A DNA stretch of 64,000 nucleotides from Pristiophorus japonicus. Taxonomy: Eukaryota. The position numbers were made by a program, and so were the translations under genes. The notes beneath the pieces were generated by a model, which made no database searches, had not been told where the DNA came from, and saw nothing but the letters and a program-made list of their open reading frames with translations. The DNA lies in contig NC_091985.1 of the NCBI RefSeq assembly GCF_044704955.1, positions 76,322,001 to 76,386,000 on the forward strand, written 5' to 3'. Shown piece after piece: positions 1 to 12,499 of this stretch. Numbering within the stretch: position 1 is the stretch's first letter; each line of letters begins with the position of its first letter.

Positions 1-580
1 TTTGTGTTTCATGCACAAGTACCCCCAGGTCCCGCTGTACTTTGCAATCTTTCTCCATTTAAATAATAACTTGCTCTTCGATTTTTTCTGCCAAAGTGCA
101 TGACCTCACATTTTCCAACATTATACTCCATCTGCCAAATTTTTGTCCACTCACTTAACCTGTCTATGTCCTTTTGCAGATTTCTTGTGTCCTCCTCACA
201 CATTGCTTTTCCTCCCATCTTTGTATCATCAGCAAACTTGGCTACGTTACACTCCGTCCCTTCTTCCAAATCGTTAATATAGATTGTAAATAGTTGGGAT
301 CCCAGCGGCACCCCACTAGCTACTGGTTGCCACTTATCCCGACTCTCTGTTTTCTGTTCGTTAGCCAATCCTTTATCCATGCAAATATATTACCCCCAAC
401 CCTGTGAACTTTTATCTTGTGCAGCAACCTTTTATGTGGCACCTTGTCAAATGACTTCTGGAAGTCCAAATACACCACATCCACTGGTTCCCTTTTATCC
501 ACCCTGTTTGTTACATCCTCAAAGAATTCCAGCAAATTTTTCAAACTTTCCCTTCATAAATCTATGCTAACTCTGCCTGA
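1..580 (-). mobile_element. CR1 LINE fragment (RT domain, frameshifted), runs off window start
   Basis: ORFs 9..380 and 320..544 encode CR1-type RT motifs (VDVVYLDFQKSFDKVPH, SGVP.GS, KFADDTK); similar to 43480-43840 and 48760-48990. Confidence 0.9.
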
Positions 581-584
581 CCGA

Positions 585-3500
585 ATTACAAGAATGGTTC
601 CAGGGATGAGAGATTTCGGTTTCGTGAATAGACTGGAGAAGCTGGAGTTGTTCTCCATTACAGCAGAGAAGGTTGAGAGGAGATTTGAACTGAAAAACAA
701 AAAAGTGTTGATCACACTAATGGGTGTGTACTATAAACCCCCAAACAGTGAGAGGGAGATAGAAGAGCAAATATGTAGGCAAATTTCTGAGAAGTGCAAA
801 AACTATAGGGCAGTAATAGTAGATTTCAACTATCCTAACATTAACTGGGACAAAATTAGTGTGAAGAGTATAGAGGGTGCAGAATTCCTAAAATGCATTC
901 AAGAGAACTGTTTTAGCCAGTATGTCGCAAACCCAACATGGGAGGGGGCGGGTCTGGATTTAGTTTTAGGGAATGAAGCTGGGCAGGTGGAAGGGGTATC
1001 TGTGGGAGAGCATTTAGGTGCTAGTGACCATAATTCAGTTAGATTTAAGGTAGTTATGGAAAAGGTCAAGGATGGACCAGGAATAAATGTTCTAAATTGG
1101 GGAAAAGTCAACTTTGCTAAGCTGAGAGGTGATTTAGCCAAAGTGTACTAGAAACAGCTACTTGAAGGTAAATCAATGTTAGAGCAGTAGGTGACATTCA
1201 ACGAGGAAATAGTGAGGGTTCAGGCCAAATATGTGCCCTTAAAGAAAAAGAGTGGGACTAACAAATCTAGAGCCCCCTGGATGTCCAGGGACATACTGGG
1301 TAGGATAAAGAAAAAAAGGGAGGCTTATGACAGATACCGAGGGCTAAATACTGCAGAATCTCTAGAGGAGTATAGAAAGTTCAGGAGGGAAGTGAAAAGG
1401 GATATTAGGAAAGCAAAGAGAGAGCATTACAAATTATTGGCAAGTAAAATCAAGGAAAACCCAAAGATGTTTTATAAATATATTAAGAGCAAGAGGATAA
1501 CTAAAGAAAGGGAAGGGCCTATTAGAGACCAGAAGGGTAATCTGTGTGTGGAGGCAGAAGATATGGGTAAGGTTCTCATTGCATACTTTGCGTCTGTTTT
1601 CACAAAAGAGCGGGGCGATGCAGACACTGCTATCGAGGAGGAGGAGTGTGAAATATTAGATGAAATAAACATAGTGAGAGAGGAAGTATTAAGAGGTCTA
1701 GCAGCTTTGAAAGTGAATAAGTCCCCAGGCCTGGATGAAATGTATCCCAGGCTTTTAGGCGAAGCAAAAGAGGAAATAAAAGAGGCTCTGACCATCATTT
1801 TTCAATGCTCTCTGGCTTCAAGTGTGGTGCGAGAGGACTGGAGGACTGCTAATGTGGTACCTTTGTTTAAGAAGGGAGAAAGGGATAGACCGTGTAATTA
1901 CAGCCTAACTTCAGTGGTGGAAAAATTATTGGAAAAAATCCTGAAGGATAGGATAAATCTACATTTAGAAAGACATGGATTAATCAGGGACAGTCAGCAC
2001 GGAGTTGCTGTTAAGGAAAGGTCGTGTCTAACTAACCTGATTGAATCTTTCGAGGAGATAACCAGGTGGGTAGATGAGGGCAGTGCGTATGATGTAGTGT
2101 ATATGGACTTTAGCAAAGCTTTTGATAAGGTCCCACATTGCAGACTGGTCACGAAGGTAAAAGCCCATGGGATCCAGGGCAAAGTGGCAAGTTGGATCCA
2201 AAATGGCTCAGAGGTAGGAAGCAAAGGGTAATGGTTGATGGGTGTTTTTGTGACTGGAAGGATGTTTCCAGTGGGGTTCCGCAGGGCTCAGTACCAGGTC
2301 CCTTGCTTTTTGTGGTATACATCAATGCTCTACACTTGAATATAGGGGGTATGATTAAGACGTTTGCAGATGATACTAAAATCGGCTGTGTGGTTGATAA
2401 TAAAGAAGAAAGCTGTGGACTGCAGGAAGATATCAATTTAACTGGTCAGGTGGGCAGAACAGTGGCAAATGGAATTCGATCCAGAGAAATGTGAGGTAAT
2501 GCATTTGGGGAGGGCTAACAAAGAAAGGGAATACACATTAAATGGTAGGACACTGAGAAGTGTAGAGGAACAAAGGGACCTTGGAGTGCATGTCCACAGA
2601 TCCCTGAAGGTAGCAGGCCAGGTTGATAAGGTGGGTAAGAAGGCATACAGAATGCTTGCCTTTATTAGCCAAGGAATAGAATATAAGAGCAGGGGGGTTA
2701 TGCATGAACTGTATAAAACACCAGTTAGGGCACATCTGGAGTACTGCGTGCAGTTCTGGTCACCGCATTACAGGAAGGATGTGATTGCATTGGAGAGGGT
2801 ACAGAGAAGATTTATTAGGAAGTTGCCGGGAGTGGAGCATCTTAGCTATGAGGACAGATTAGATAGGCTGGATTAGTTTTCCTTGGAACAGAGGAGGTTG
2901 AGAGGAGACCTCATTGAGGTGTATAAAATTATGAGGGGCCTAGATAGAGTGGATAGAAAGGGCCTATTTCCCTTAGCAGAGGGGTCAACAACCAGGGGGC
3001 ATAAATTTAAAGTAATTGGTAGAAGGTTTAGAGGGGATTTGAGGGTAAATTTCCACGCAGAGGATTGTGGGGGTCTGGAATTCACTGCCTAAAAAGGTGG
3101 TAGAGGCAGAAACCCTAATCACATTTAAAAAGTACTTGGATGTGCACTTGAAGTGCTGTAATCGGCAGGGTTATGGACCTAGAGCTGGAAAGTGGGATTA
3201 GGCTGGGTAGCTTCTTGTTGGCCGGCACGGACACGATAGGCCGAAATGGTTTCCTTCCGTGCTTTAAATTTCTATGATTTTATGACTTGATAGAGGTGTT
3301 CAAAATCATGAGGGGTCCAGACAGAGTAGAGAGAGAGAAACTGTTCTCATTGGCAGAAGGATTGAGAACCAGAGGAGACAGATTTAAGGTAATTGGCAGA
3401 AGAACCAAAGGTGACATGAGGATAACCTTTTTACACAGCGAGTGGTTATGATCTGGAATGCACTGCCTGAAAGTGTGATGGAGGCAAATTCAATTGTGGC

Positions 3501-3665
3501 TTTCTAAAGGGAATTGGACAATTACCTGAAGGAACAAAATTTGCAGGGCTACGGGGAAAGGGTGGATGAGTGAGACTAGCTGAAGTGCTTTTGCAGGGAG
3601 CCGACACAGGCTCAATGGGCCAAATGGCCTCCTTCTGTGCTGTAACCATTCTATGCTTCTATGGT
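585..3665 (+). mobile_element. Older CR1 3' fragment (585-688 + 3287-3665) split by a second CR1
   Basis: gaggagatttga|tagaggtgttcaaaatc rejoins across the insertion; ends in attctatgcttctatg tail. Confidence 0.75.
689..3286 (+). mobile_element. 5'-truncated CR1 LINE, degraded ORF2 (APE endonuclease C-half + RT)
   Basis: ORFs 417..1151, 1191..2231, 2138..2494, 2469..2876 with GDFN-like, SDHN, DFSKAFDKVPH, FADD motifs; tttctatgattttatg tail; ttga duplicated at 685-688 and 3287-3290. Confidence 0.9.
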
Positions 3666-3671
3666 ACTATA

Positions 3672-4200
3672 AGGGGGCATGTGAAACGGAGGAGGACGTT
3701 CCATAGACCCTCGTGGTTGACAGTGTCAAAGGCCTTTGTAAGGTCGAAGAAGGCCATGTATAAGGGCTGGCGCTGTTCCCTACATTTTTCCTGTAGCTGT
3801 CGCGCTGCAAAGATCATGTCCATTGTGCCCAGTAGGGGACGAAATCTGCACTGTGACTCCAGGAGGAACTCCTCAGCCACGGGAAGAAGACGGTTGAAGA
3901 GGACTCTAGCGACGACTTTCCAGTGGCTGATAGCAGGGAGATTCCTCTGGAGTTGCCGCAGTTGGACTTGTCCCCTTTTTTAAAGATGGTCACAATTACT
4001 GCATCTTTAAGATCCCCTGGCATTCTCTCCTCCCTCCAAATGAGAGAGATGAGGTCGTACATTCGCGCCAGCAGTGCATTTCCGCCATACTTTAAATGCC
4101 TCAAGCAGGGATTCCATCCGCACCTGTAGCCTTGTTGTTTTTAAGCTGTCTTATGGCTTTTTTTACCTCGTGCAGGTCTTACTGAGGTGGTGGTAGGTAG
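3672..4200 (-). mobile_element. RTE-clade LINE, inverted RT N-terminal segment
   Basis: ORFs 3814..4104 and 3659..3880: IFKKGDKSNCGNSRGISLLS, ESQCRFR, QEKCREQRQPLYMAFFDLTKAFDTV. Confidence 0.85.
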
Positions 4201-4239
4201 CATGCTGTGGGATGGAGTCAAGAACACTCGAGTCAAAGG

Positions 4240-5530
4240 CACTGTCAACCGCAAGGGTCTATGGAGCGTTCTCCTCCGTTTTGGATGCCCCCAAAGGTTC
4301 GTCACCATCTTCTGTCTGCTCCACGACGACATGCAGACCATGATCCTTACCAACGGATCCATTACAGCCCCAATCCTCTTCTCAATCTTTCTAGCTGCCA
4401 TGCTCCACCTCACAGTCAACAAGCTCCCCGCTGGAGTGGAACTAAACTACAGAACCAGTGGGAACCTGTTCAACCTGCGCCGTCTCCAGGCCAGGTCCAA
4501 GACCGTCCCAACCTCTGTCGTCGAGCTACAGTACGCGGATGACGCCTGCATCTGCGCACATAGAGGCTGAACTCCAGGACATAGTCGATGTATTTACTGA
4601 GGCGTACGAAAGCATGGGCCTTACGTTAAACATCCGTAAGACAAAGGTCCTCCACCAGCCTGTCGTCACCACACAGCACTGCCCCCCAGTCATCAAGATC
4701 CACGACACGGCCCTGGACACCATGGACCACTTCCCATATCTCGGGAGCCTCCTATCAACAAGAGCAGGCATTGACGACAAAATCCAACACCACCTCCAGT
4801 GCACCAGTGCAGTCTTCGGCCACCTGAGGAAAAGAGTGTTTGAAGACCAGGCCCTCAAAACTGCCACAAAGTTCATGGTCTACAGGGCCGTAGTAATACT
4901 CGCCCTCCTGTATGGCTCAGAGACATGGATCATGTACAGTAGACACCTCAAGTTGCTGGAGAAATATCACCAATGATGTCGCCGCAAGATCCTACAAATC
5001 CCCTGGGAGGACAGGCATACCAACATCAGCGTCCTCATCCAGGCTAACATCCTCAGCATTGAAGCACTGACCACACTTGAGCAGCTCCACTGGGCAGGCC
5101 ACATAGTTCGCATGCCAGACATGAGACTCCCAAAGCAAGTGCTCTACTCGGAACTCCTTCACGGCAAACGAGCCAAAGGTGGGCAGCGGAAACGTTACAA
5201 GGACACCCTCAAAGCCTCCCTGATAAAGTGTGACAACCCCACTGACACCTGGGAGTCCCTGGCCAAAGACTGCCCTATGTGGAGGAAGTGCATCCGAGAG
5301 GGTGCTGAGCACCTCGAGTCTCAACACCGAGAGCATGCAGAAATCAAGCACAGGCAGCGGAAAGAGCGTGCGGAAAACCAGTCCCACCCACCCCTTCCCT
5401 CAACGCCTATCTGTCTCACCTGTGACAGAGTCTGTGGCTCTCGTATTGGATTGTTCAGTCACCAAAGAACTCACTTCAGGAGTGGAAGCAAGTCTTCCTC
5501 GATTCCGAGGGACTGCCTATGATGATGATG
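4240..5530 (+). mobile_element. RTE-clade LINE 3' part (RT + C-terminal zinc finger), degraded
   Basis: LQYADD, GLTLNIRKTKV, YLGS, CLTCDRVCGSRIGLFSHQRTH; 3' tail gggactgcctat(gat)n. Confidence 0.9.
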
Positions 5531-6057
5531 AGAGGAGGGGAGAAAATTGGCCCAAAAGAACACTTTAAGAGCATTAGGGACCCAGGCTTAAAACGATGCT
5601 TTACTGTTTAACATAAAGCACGTGTATCTGTTGTGGGAACACAGCCTTCTCGCCGTTTATTGGACTTCTTTTTTATTTGGAGTCCGGTGCGCTGTACTAA
5701 TGAGTTAAATGTAACAAACTGGTGTGTTCGTCAAAGGAACTGAGAACTGAAACTGTGGAGTTTCAACTCACAGTGCAGCAGCACACAACCTTGTGCGTCA
5801 TTTTTATCTCTTCTTGCCACCGCTTCCTTCTCAGCTGCACTTCTGATTTTTTTGTGTGTACTTTCACTTGTAGGTGTATATATTTATTTATTTATTTGTT
5901 TGTAATTGTAAGGGTTGAACAATTCCTTTAGGATAATAAAGTTGTCCTCACAGTATAAAACTTGTCCGTGAAAGAATTGTTCAGCATCTACCAGATTCAG
6001 AACCATTTTCTTTCAAATCCTCTTCTGCAGCATAAGTATTTTGGAACATTGTTCAAG

Positions 6058-7105
6058 AACAACAACAACAAATTGTATTTATATAGCACCTTTAACATAG
6101 TGGCATGTCCCAAGGTGCTTCACAGGAGTATTATGATAAAATATTTGACACCAGGCCACATAAGTAGAAATAAGCGCAGGTGACCAAAAGCTTGGTCAAA
6201 GAGGTATGTTTTAAGGAGTGTCTTGAAAGAGGAAAGAGACGTAGAGAGGCAGAGAGGTTTAGGCAGGGAATTACAGAGCTTGGGACTCAGGAAACAGAAG
6301 GCATGGCCACCAATAGTTGAGCGATTATAATCAGGGATGCTCAAGAGGGCAGAATTAGAGGAGCGCAGACATCTCAGGAGTTTGTGGGACTGAGATAGGG
6401 AGTGGTGAGGCCATGGAGGGATTTGTAAAAAAGGATGAGAATTTTGAAATCGAGGCATTAACTGGAAGCCAATGTAGGTCAGCGAGCACAGGGGTGATGG
6501 GTGAGTGGGACTTGATTTGAGTTAGGTCACAGACAGCCGAGTTGTGGATCATCTCGCGTTTACGTAGGGTAGAATGTGGGAGGCCAGCCAGGGGTACATT
6601 GGAATAGTCAAGTCTAGAGGTAACAAAGGCATGACTGAGGGCCTCAGCAGCAGATGAGCTGAGGCAAGGGTGGAAGTGGGAGATGTTACGGAGGTGGAAA
6701 TAGGCGGTCTTAGTTATGGTGCGGATATGTGGTCAAAAGCTCATTTCAGGGTCAAATATGACACCAAGGTTACGAACAGTCTGGTTCATCCTCAGACAGA
6801 AGTTGGGGAGCGGGATGGAGTCAGTGGCTCGGGAACGGAGTTTGTGGTGGGGACCGAAAACAATGGCTTCAGTCTTCTCAATATTCAATTGGAGAAAATT
6901 TCTGCTCATCCAGAACTGGATGTCGGACAAGCAGTCTGACAATGTAGAGACCGTGGAGGGGTCGAGAGAAGTGGTAGTGAGGTGGAGTTGGATGTCATAA
7001 GCGTACATGTGGAAACTGACACTGTGTTTCCGGATGATGTCACCAGGGGCTACATGTAGATGAGATATAGGAGGGTGCCAAGGATAGATCCTTGGGGTCA
7101 CATCA
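6058..7105 (-). mobile_element. L2-clade LINE 3' fragment
   Basis: FHMYAYDIQL (YADD variant), NFLQLNIEKTE, HSPITPVLADLHWLPV; (ttg)n tail at 6058-6070. Confidence 0.85.
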
Positions 7106-7172
7106 GTGGCATGTGCTGTATATCCACGCTATGGTCAGGAGAATAATAGTGATTCACACACACATCTTATGG

Positions 7173-8445
7173 TCATCATCATAGGCAGTCCCTCGGAATC
7201 GAGGAAGACTTGCTTCCATTCCTGAAGTGAGTTCTTTGGTGACTGAACAGTCCAATACTAGAGCCACAGACTCTGTCACAGGTGGGACAGATAGTCATTG
7301 AGGGAAGGGGTGGGTGGGACTGGTTTGCCACACATTCTTTCCGCTGCCTGCGCTTGATTTCTGCATGCTCTTGGCGTTGAGACTCGAAGTACTCAGCGTC
7401 CCCCCGGATGCACTTTCTCCAATTACGGCAGTCTTTGGTCAGGGACTCCCAGGTGTCAGTGGGGATGTCGCACTTTATCAGGGAGGCTTTGAGGGTGTCC
7501 TTGTAACGTTTCCGCTGCCCACCTTTGGATCGTTTGCCGTGAAGGAGCTCCGCATAGAACACTTGCTTTGAGAGTCTCGTGTCTGGCATGTGAACTATGT
7601 GGCCTGCCCAGCGGAGCTGATCGAGTGTGGTCAGTGCTTCAATGCTGGGGATGTTGACCTGGATGAGGACACTGATGTTGGTACGCCTGTCCTCGCAGAG
7701 GATTTGTAGGATCTTGCGGAGACATCGTTGGTGATATATCTCCAGCGACTTGAGATGTCTACTGTACATGGTCCATGCCTCTGAGCCATACAGGAGGTTG
7801 GGTATTACTACAGTCCTGTCGACCATGAGCTTGGTAGTGGATTTGAGGGTCTGATCTTCGAACACTCTTTTCCTCAGGTGGCCGAAGACTGCATTGGTGC
7901 ACTGGAGGCGGTGTTGAATCTCCTCATCAATGTTTGCTTTTGTTGATAAGAGGCTACCAAGGTATGGGAAATGGTCCACGTTGTCGAGGGCCCACCATGG
8001 ATCTTGATGACTGGGTGGCAGTGCTGTGCAGCGAGGACAGGCTGGTGGAGGACCTTTGTCTTACGGATGTTTAGTGTAAGGCCCATACTTTCGTACGCCT
8101 CAGTACGCCTCAGTAAATACGTCAATTATATCCTGGAGTTCAGCCTCAGAATGTGCGCAGACGCTGGTGTTGTCCACATACTGTAGCTCAATGACAGAGG
8201 TTGGGGTGATCTTGGGCCTGGCCTGGAGGCGGCGAAGGTTAAACAGCTTCCCACTGGTCTGTAGTTTAGTTCCACTCCAGCGGGGAGCTTATTGACTGTG
8301 AGTTGGAGCATGGCAGCGAGGAAGATTGAGAAGAGAGTTGGAGTGATGACGCAGCCCTGTTTGACCCCGGTTCGGACGTGGATTGGGTCTGTAATGGATC
8401 CATTGGTAGGGATCACAGCCTGCATGTCATTGTGGAGCAGGCGAT
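7173..8445 (-). mobile_element. RTE-clade LINE 3' part
   Basis: ORFs 8126..8476 (GVKQGC), 7874..8125, 7179..7979 (266 aa, C2H2 end); same family as 4240-5530. Confidence 0.9.
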
Positions 8446-8645
8446 AATATAGAGAATAATAATGATTCACAGCCACTTCTTATGATAAGTTGTGCTGTTC
8501 ACCATGCAGCTCGTGAGGGGAATCTGGTACTTGCTGATCACGTAGAGATGGCTCAAACTCGCACTTAGCTGACTAAACTAGTGAATATTCTCCTTGGGGA
8601 AAGATGAACGGATCTTGTTTGATTGTAGATGGCACCAAGATAACC

Positions 8646-9021
8646 GGGTAGATTTTAACCCTAGCGCCCAGCAGAATTAGGGTGGGTTTATCTGCCAATG
8701 TCCCCTCCAGATCCCATCATTTCCAATTGTTACTGAACGTTCTGGACAGACAGCTAAGCTGCCTGCCTAAAGCTGGTGAGGTCCTCCTTTAAATATGTAA
8801 ATTGTGATCCGACGACCTCATCGAGCCTTGACTGCAATTTTAACTTTGGCTTAAGTGAGGAAGCCACTACAGGATGTTTCGGCTTAATTTGGCCTGGAGT
8901 CCAACCTTCCCGCCCACAAGACCCTCCTTTGCCACACCTACCTGAATGCCCATTCCCACCCGGAACTGCAGGGTTCAGTTAGTTTTTCGTCAGAAATCCG
9001 CTGGGAGTTAAAGTTGACCCC
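8646..9021. mobile_element. Degenerate non-autonomous TIR element (Harbinger-like MITE)
   Basis: Imperfect TIRs gggtagattttaac / gttaaagttgacccc; no coding capacity. Confidence 0.45.
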
Positions 9022-9324
9022 AACATGCATGGCAATGGAAGTTTGGTATCAAGTCAATACTTCATGGTAGTCTCAATATCCTAAAAACTGACCCAAGTTG
9101 CTTCACAATACTCCATTGTTCTGTCGATAATTGACCAGCCAGCTTGGTTAGGAATCTTCACATTCGACTCCAAGCCAATGGTCTAACAGGTAGCGTGGCC
9201 CAGGGTGGACCTTCATCAGAAAGCTTACCAGTTCTCGGTGCTACCTTTTACCTTTCACACTTGGGAGTCTACAAGCGTCGTTTCTTGCTACGCCTGAGTC
9301 ACATGCACTGTGTGAATTACTTGT

Positions 9325-10142
9325 GTCAGTCGTGGTTCAGTTGGTAGCACTCTAGCCTCTGAGTCAGAAGGTTGTGGGCTCAAGTCCCACTCCACTTCAG
9401 CACAAAAATCTAGGCTTACACTCCAGTGCAGTACTGAGGGAGTGCCGCACTGTTAGGGATGCTGTCTTTCATATGAGATATTCAACTGAGGCCCTGTCTG
9501 CTCCCTCAGGTGGATGTAAAAGATTCAATGCACTATTTCAAATAAGAGCAGGGGCGTTATCCCCAGTGTCCAAGGCCAATGTGTATCCCTCAATCAGCAT
9601 CACTTAAATCGGATTATCTAGCTATTACCACATTGCTGTTTCTGGGAGCTTGCTGTGCGCAAAGTGGCTGCCACATTTCCTACATTACAACAGTGACTAC
9701 ACTTTGAAAGTACAGCTTGAACCTTCCTTATCCAGAACTCCCTTATCCGGAACCACCCCTCGCCCAGAACCATTCCCAGCCACTGGGTGGCGCATGCACA
9801 GAACTCCGACATGAACAAATTGAAGTCCTTCCTCGCTGACGACTCCCGCAATCGCTGTCCTGATCCCGCGATCCACCCCCCCCCCCCCACCATCCCCGCT
9901 TCCACGATTTCTCTGCCGCACTCCCAGCAAGTCATCCAGCCCCGATATCCCCTTGCTCAGTACCTGTACCATTAAATTTAACGTGACCACCCCTTGTCCG
10001 GAAAAATCCCTTATCCAGAACAGGCCAGGTCCTGAGGGTTCCGGATAAGGGAGGTTCACCTGTACTGCATTGGCTGTAAAGCGCTTTGGGATGTCCTGAG
10101 ATTGTAAAAGGCGCTATATAAATGTAAGTTTTTCTTCTTCTT
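9325..10142 (+). mobile_element. tRNA-derived SINE with L2-like 3' tail, interrupted by a MITE
   Basis: Pol III A/B-box-like head gtggttcagttggtagc...gggctcaagtccc; tail ggcgctatataaatgtaagt resembles the L2 3' ends in this window. Confidence 0.75.
9713..10062. mobile_element. Tc1/mariner (Tigger/pogo-like) MITE
   Basis: TIRs cagcttgaaccttccttatcc / ggataagggaggttcacctg; TA on both sides (9711-12, 10063-64). Confidence 0.8.
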
Positions 10143-10356
10143 TGGTTTGGAGACTTTTACAGATATTAATAAGTTTTTGCATGTGTTACTTAGTTTTCCA
10201 AAAAGTAGGATGCTGTAGGATATTATCGTAGACCACTGAACTTCCTTTGTCCAACTATTTTAAATGAGTTTACACTTGCTTAAACCAAAGCAAAATAATT
10301 GTATACATTATTTCACATTAAACATTCACACATTAATATTGCACAGCACAATCTCG

Positions 10357-11685
10357 GGGCTCAAAATTGGCCGCTGTACGGCCTCTCCCGGGTCTTCACG
10401 CAGCATGGCCAGTCGAGTCGGGGGCGGAGCCAGCGTCCCGTGCTGAAAACAGTGCCGGGATGTCTGCACATGCGCATTGGAGTGCGCCTGCATGCACAGT
10501 AGCTCCTTGCCCCCAGCATCTCTGTGTGCATCCCGCCCCTATCCCAGGCCGAGTGGCCAAATATTAAACCGACCCAATTCTCCTGCTTCGTCACGGGCTT
10601 TTACCCTCGTGATATCAAAGTCACCCTCATGAGAAATCGTGAGCCAATCACGGACACGGAATTCAGTGGCATCCTGCCCAACCACGATGGAACCTACCAG
10701 CTGACGTGATGGGCTGAGATCAAGTCCAAGAATGGAACCACCTATTCCTGACAGTATGAGCAGAGTGACAACACAGGAGTGAAGAACCGAGACTGGGACG
10801 GGACGTTCCGAGTGATTCCAGAGTCTCCAAAGGAAACAAATCTTGGTTTGATTGTTGGAATTGTGATTGCTGCCGTTGTCCTGATTGCTCTGGTCATTGG
10901 TGGCGTTATGTGGAAGAGAGGAGGAGAGAAGAAATCTGGTTACAACCCAGCAAACCCTGCTGAAAAAGGAGAATCATCCTCAAACTCATCAGCCCAGGCC
11001 TGAGGCTGATCCCGAAGTGAAGTTCCCTGGGACTGGAATCTGGACTTGCTGTGTTGCTGGGAGGATTCATTCAGAAGCAATCCCCATTCTGGATCTTCAT
11101 TTGGTTTGATTGATTGTCACTGGCTGCTGTCAGTGTTTATAGTAATCTGTAATGCTCCCGGGCTGAAGATGAAGGTAGGGTAGGACTTATTTATTTCTAT
11201 TTTTTATTTGGATATTTTGAAAAAATTATGTAAATATGTTTTGTCTCTTTACTTCTTTTATTTTTGTAGTTTAAGCTTCCATGAATGTTTCTGTTGTATA
11301 GTAAATTAACTTTGTAAAGTTTGTCATATGATGTCCTGTATAGCTGTTTGATTCTATTCACATTCTTTAGTCAAGTCATTAAGTTCTGCTGGCCTCCAAT
11401 GTACCTGCCTGCGCTGATTTCTTAACTCTCCGCAAGGGTTTTCACAAGCGGCCACAAGTTAGTTTGGAGTAACTACTAGCTGGCCAAAGTGGCCTAAATG
11501 GCCAAAACAGGCGTAGGTGGCTGGTAACGCCCCCTTTTGAAAAAAAAAACTAAACTAAAATAATCCTAACTAACTCACTTACACTGGCACAAATTGAATG
11601 TGTAAAATGTGGATTTTTAAGATACTCCAGCAAAAATCAAGTTGCTCCAAAAAAAACGGAGCAACTCCTGGCCAATTTTGAGCCC
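10357..11685. mobile_element. TIR element (Harbinger-like non-autonomous) carrying MHC class I cargo
   Basis: Perfect 16-bp TIR gggctcaaaattggcc (10357-72) / ggccaattttgagccc (11670-85); both arms align by eye to the ends of the element at 18310-19830. Confidence 0.8.
10560..11003 (+). pseudogene. Processed MHC class I heavy-chain fragment (alpha3 C1-Ig, TM, cytoplasmic tail); probable 3'UTR continues to ~11350
   Basis: One frame: FSCFVTGFYPRDIKVTLMRN..GILPNHDGTYQLT*W...YS*QYE...WDG...LGLIVGIVIAAVVLIALVIGGVMWKR..KKSGYNPA..ESSSNSSAQA*; no introns; stops at 10707 and 10749 (the latter replaces the second C1 Cys). Confidence 0.9.
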
Positions 11686-12499
11686 TGAAGCCCTCTCTCA
11701 TTTATTGAAATGGGATGTGAGTGAAGGAGGAATTGGCACTCGTGTAAACGCTCTGATTGGACCCAGTTCATCTTATACTCTGTGTTGAGCAAAAGTCAAC
11801 AGGATCCAATAGTTATAGGACAGCGAAAGTGCATTTTGTCACAATTAAGAGGATACTGATCTCACAAAGGTGACTTCAACTTCAGGGAGACAATGTTACA
11901 TTACTCAATGTTCCATTGTTAGGACAAATAAAAATGTCAAAGGCCTTTCTGGTGTGACTTTGAGATGAAGTAATTATAACCCTTGATCAAGGTACAGTGA
12001 AATCTATCATATGATGGAGGGACTGAGATAGTCGGGAAGCTTTTGTGATTAATTATGCACCGTATGTGTGTGTAAAATAGACGCAACTGGCTGGGAAAAC
12101 AGATGGAAATCTGTTGCACTGGGTTTAATTTGCTCTGTATTTTAAAGTTAGCACATATGTTGATTAAGGAGTAGTAAATTTGTGAGCTAGTGTGACTGAA
12201 GCAGGCGATAATATGCCCCTAAAATTGTTCCTGTAAGTAAATTATTTTATAACACATGTTAACACATAGATCCGTTAACAGCTTTTTTCACGTTAAGTAA
12301 TAATTAAAATGAAATTTGCAAATTTACTCCGAATTTTCTTAATTCCCACGTTAATTTCAGCATGAGTGAAATATCCAGCATGCAGCTTGAGTGTAACATT
12401 CAGTTTTTCAGTGCTCCATACCTTGGAGGAGAAGGAGCAGGAACATCAGGGATCATAGATGGGAGAGGTTACAGGAGTTAGACCGTTAGGACACACTGA

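Noticed and set aside
9325-9400. tRNA gene
   Set aside because: tRNA-like head continues into a SINE body and tail; no complete cloverleaf evident.
10524-11003. Functional MHC class I gene
   Set aside because: No leader, alpha1 or alpha2; two in-frame stops; no introns.
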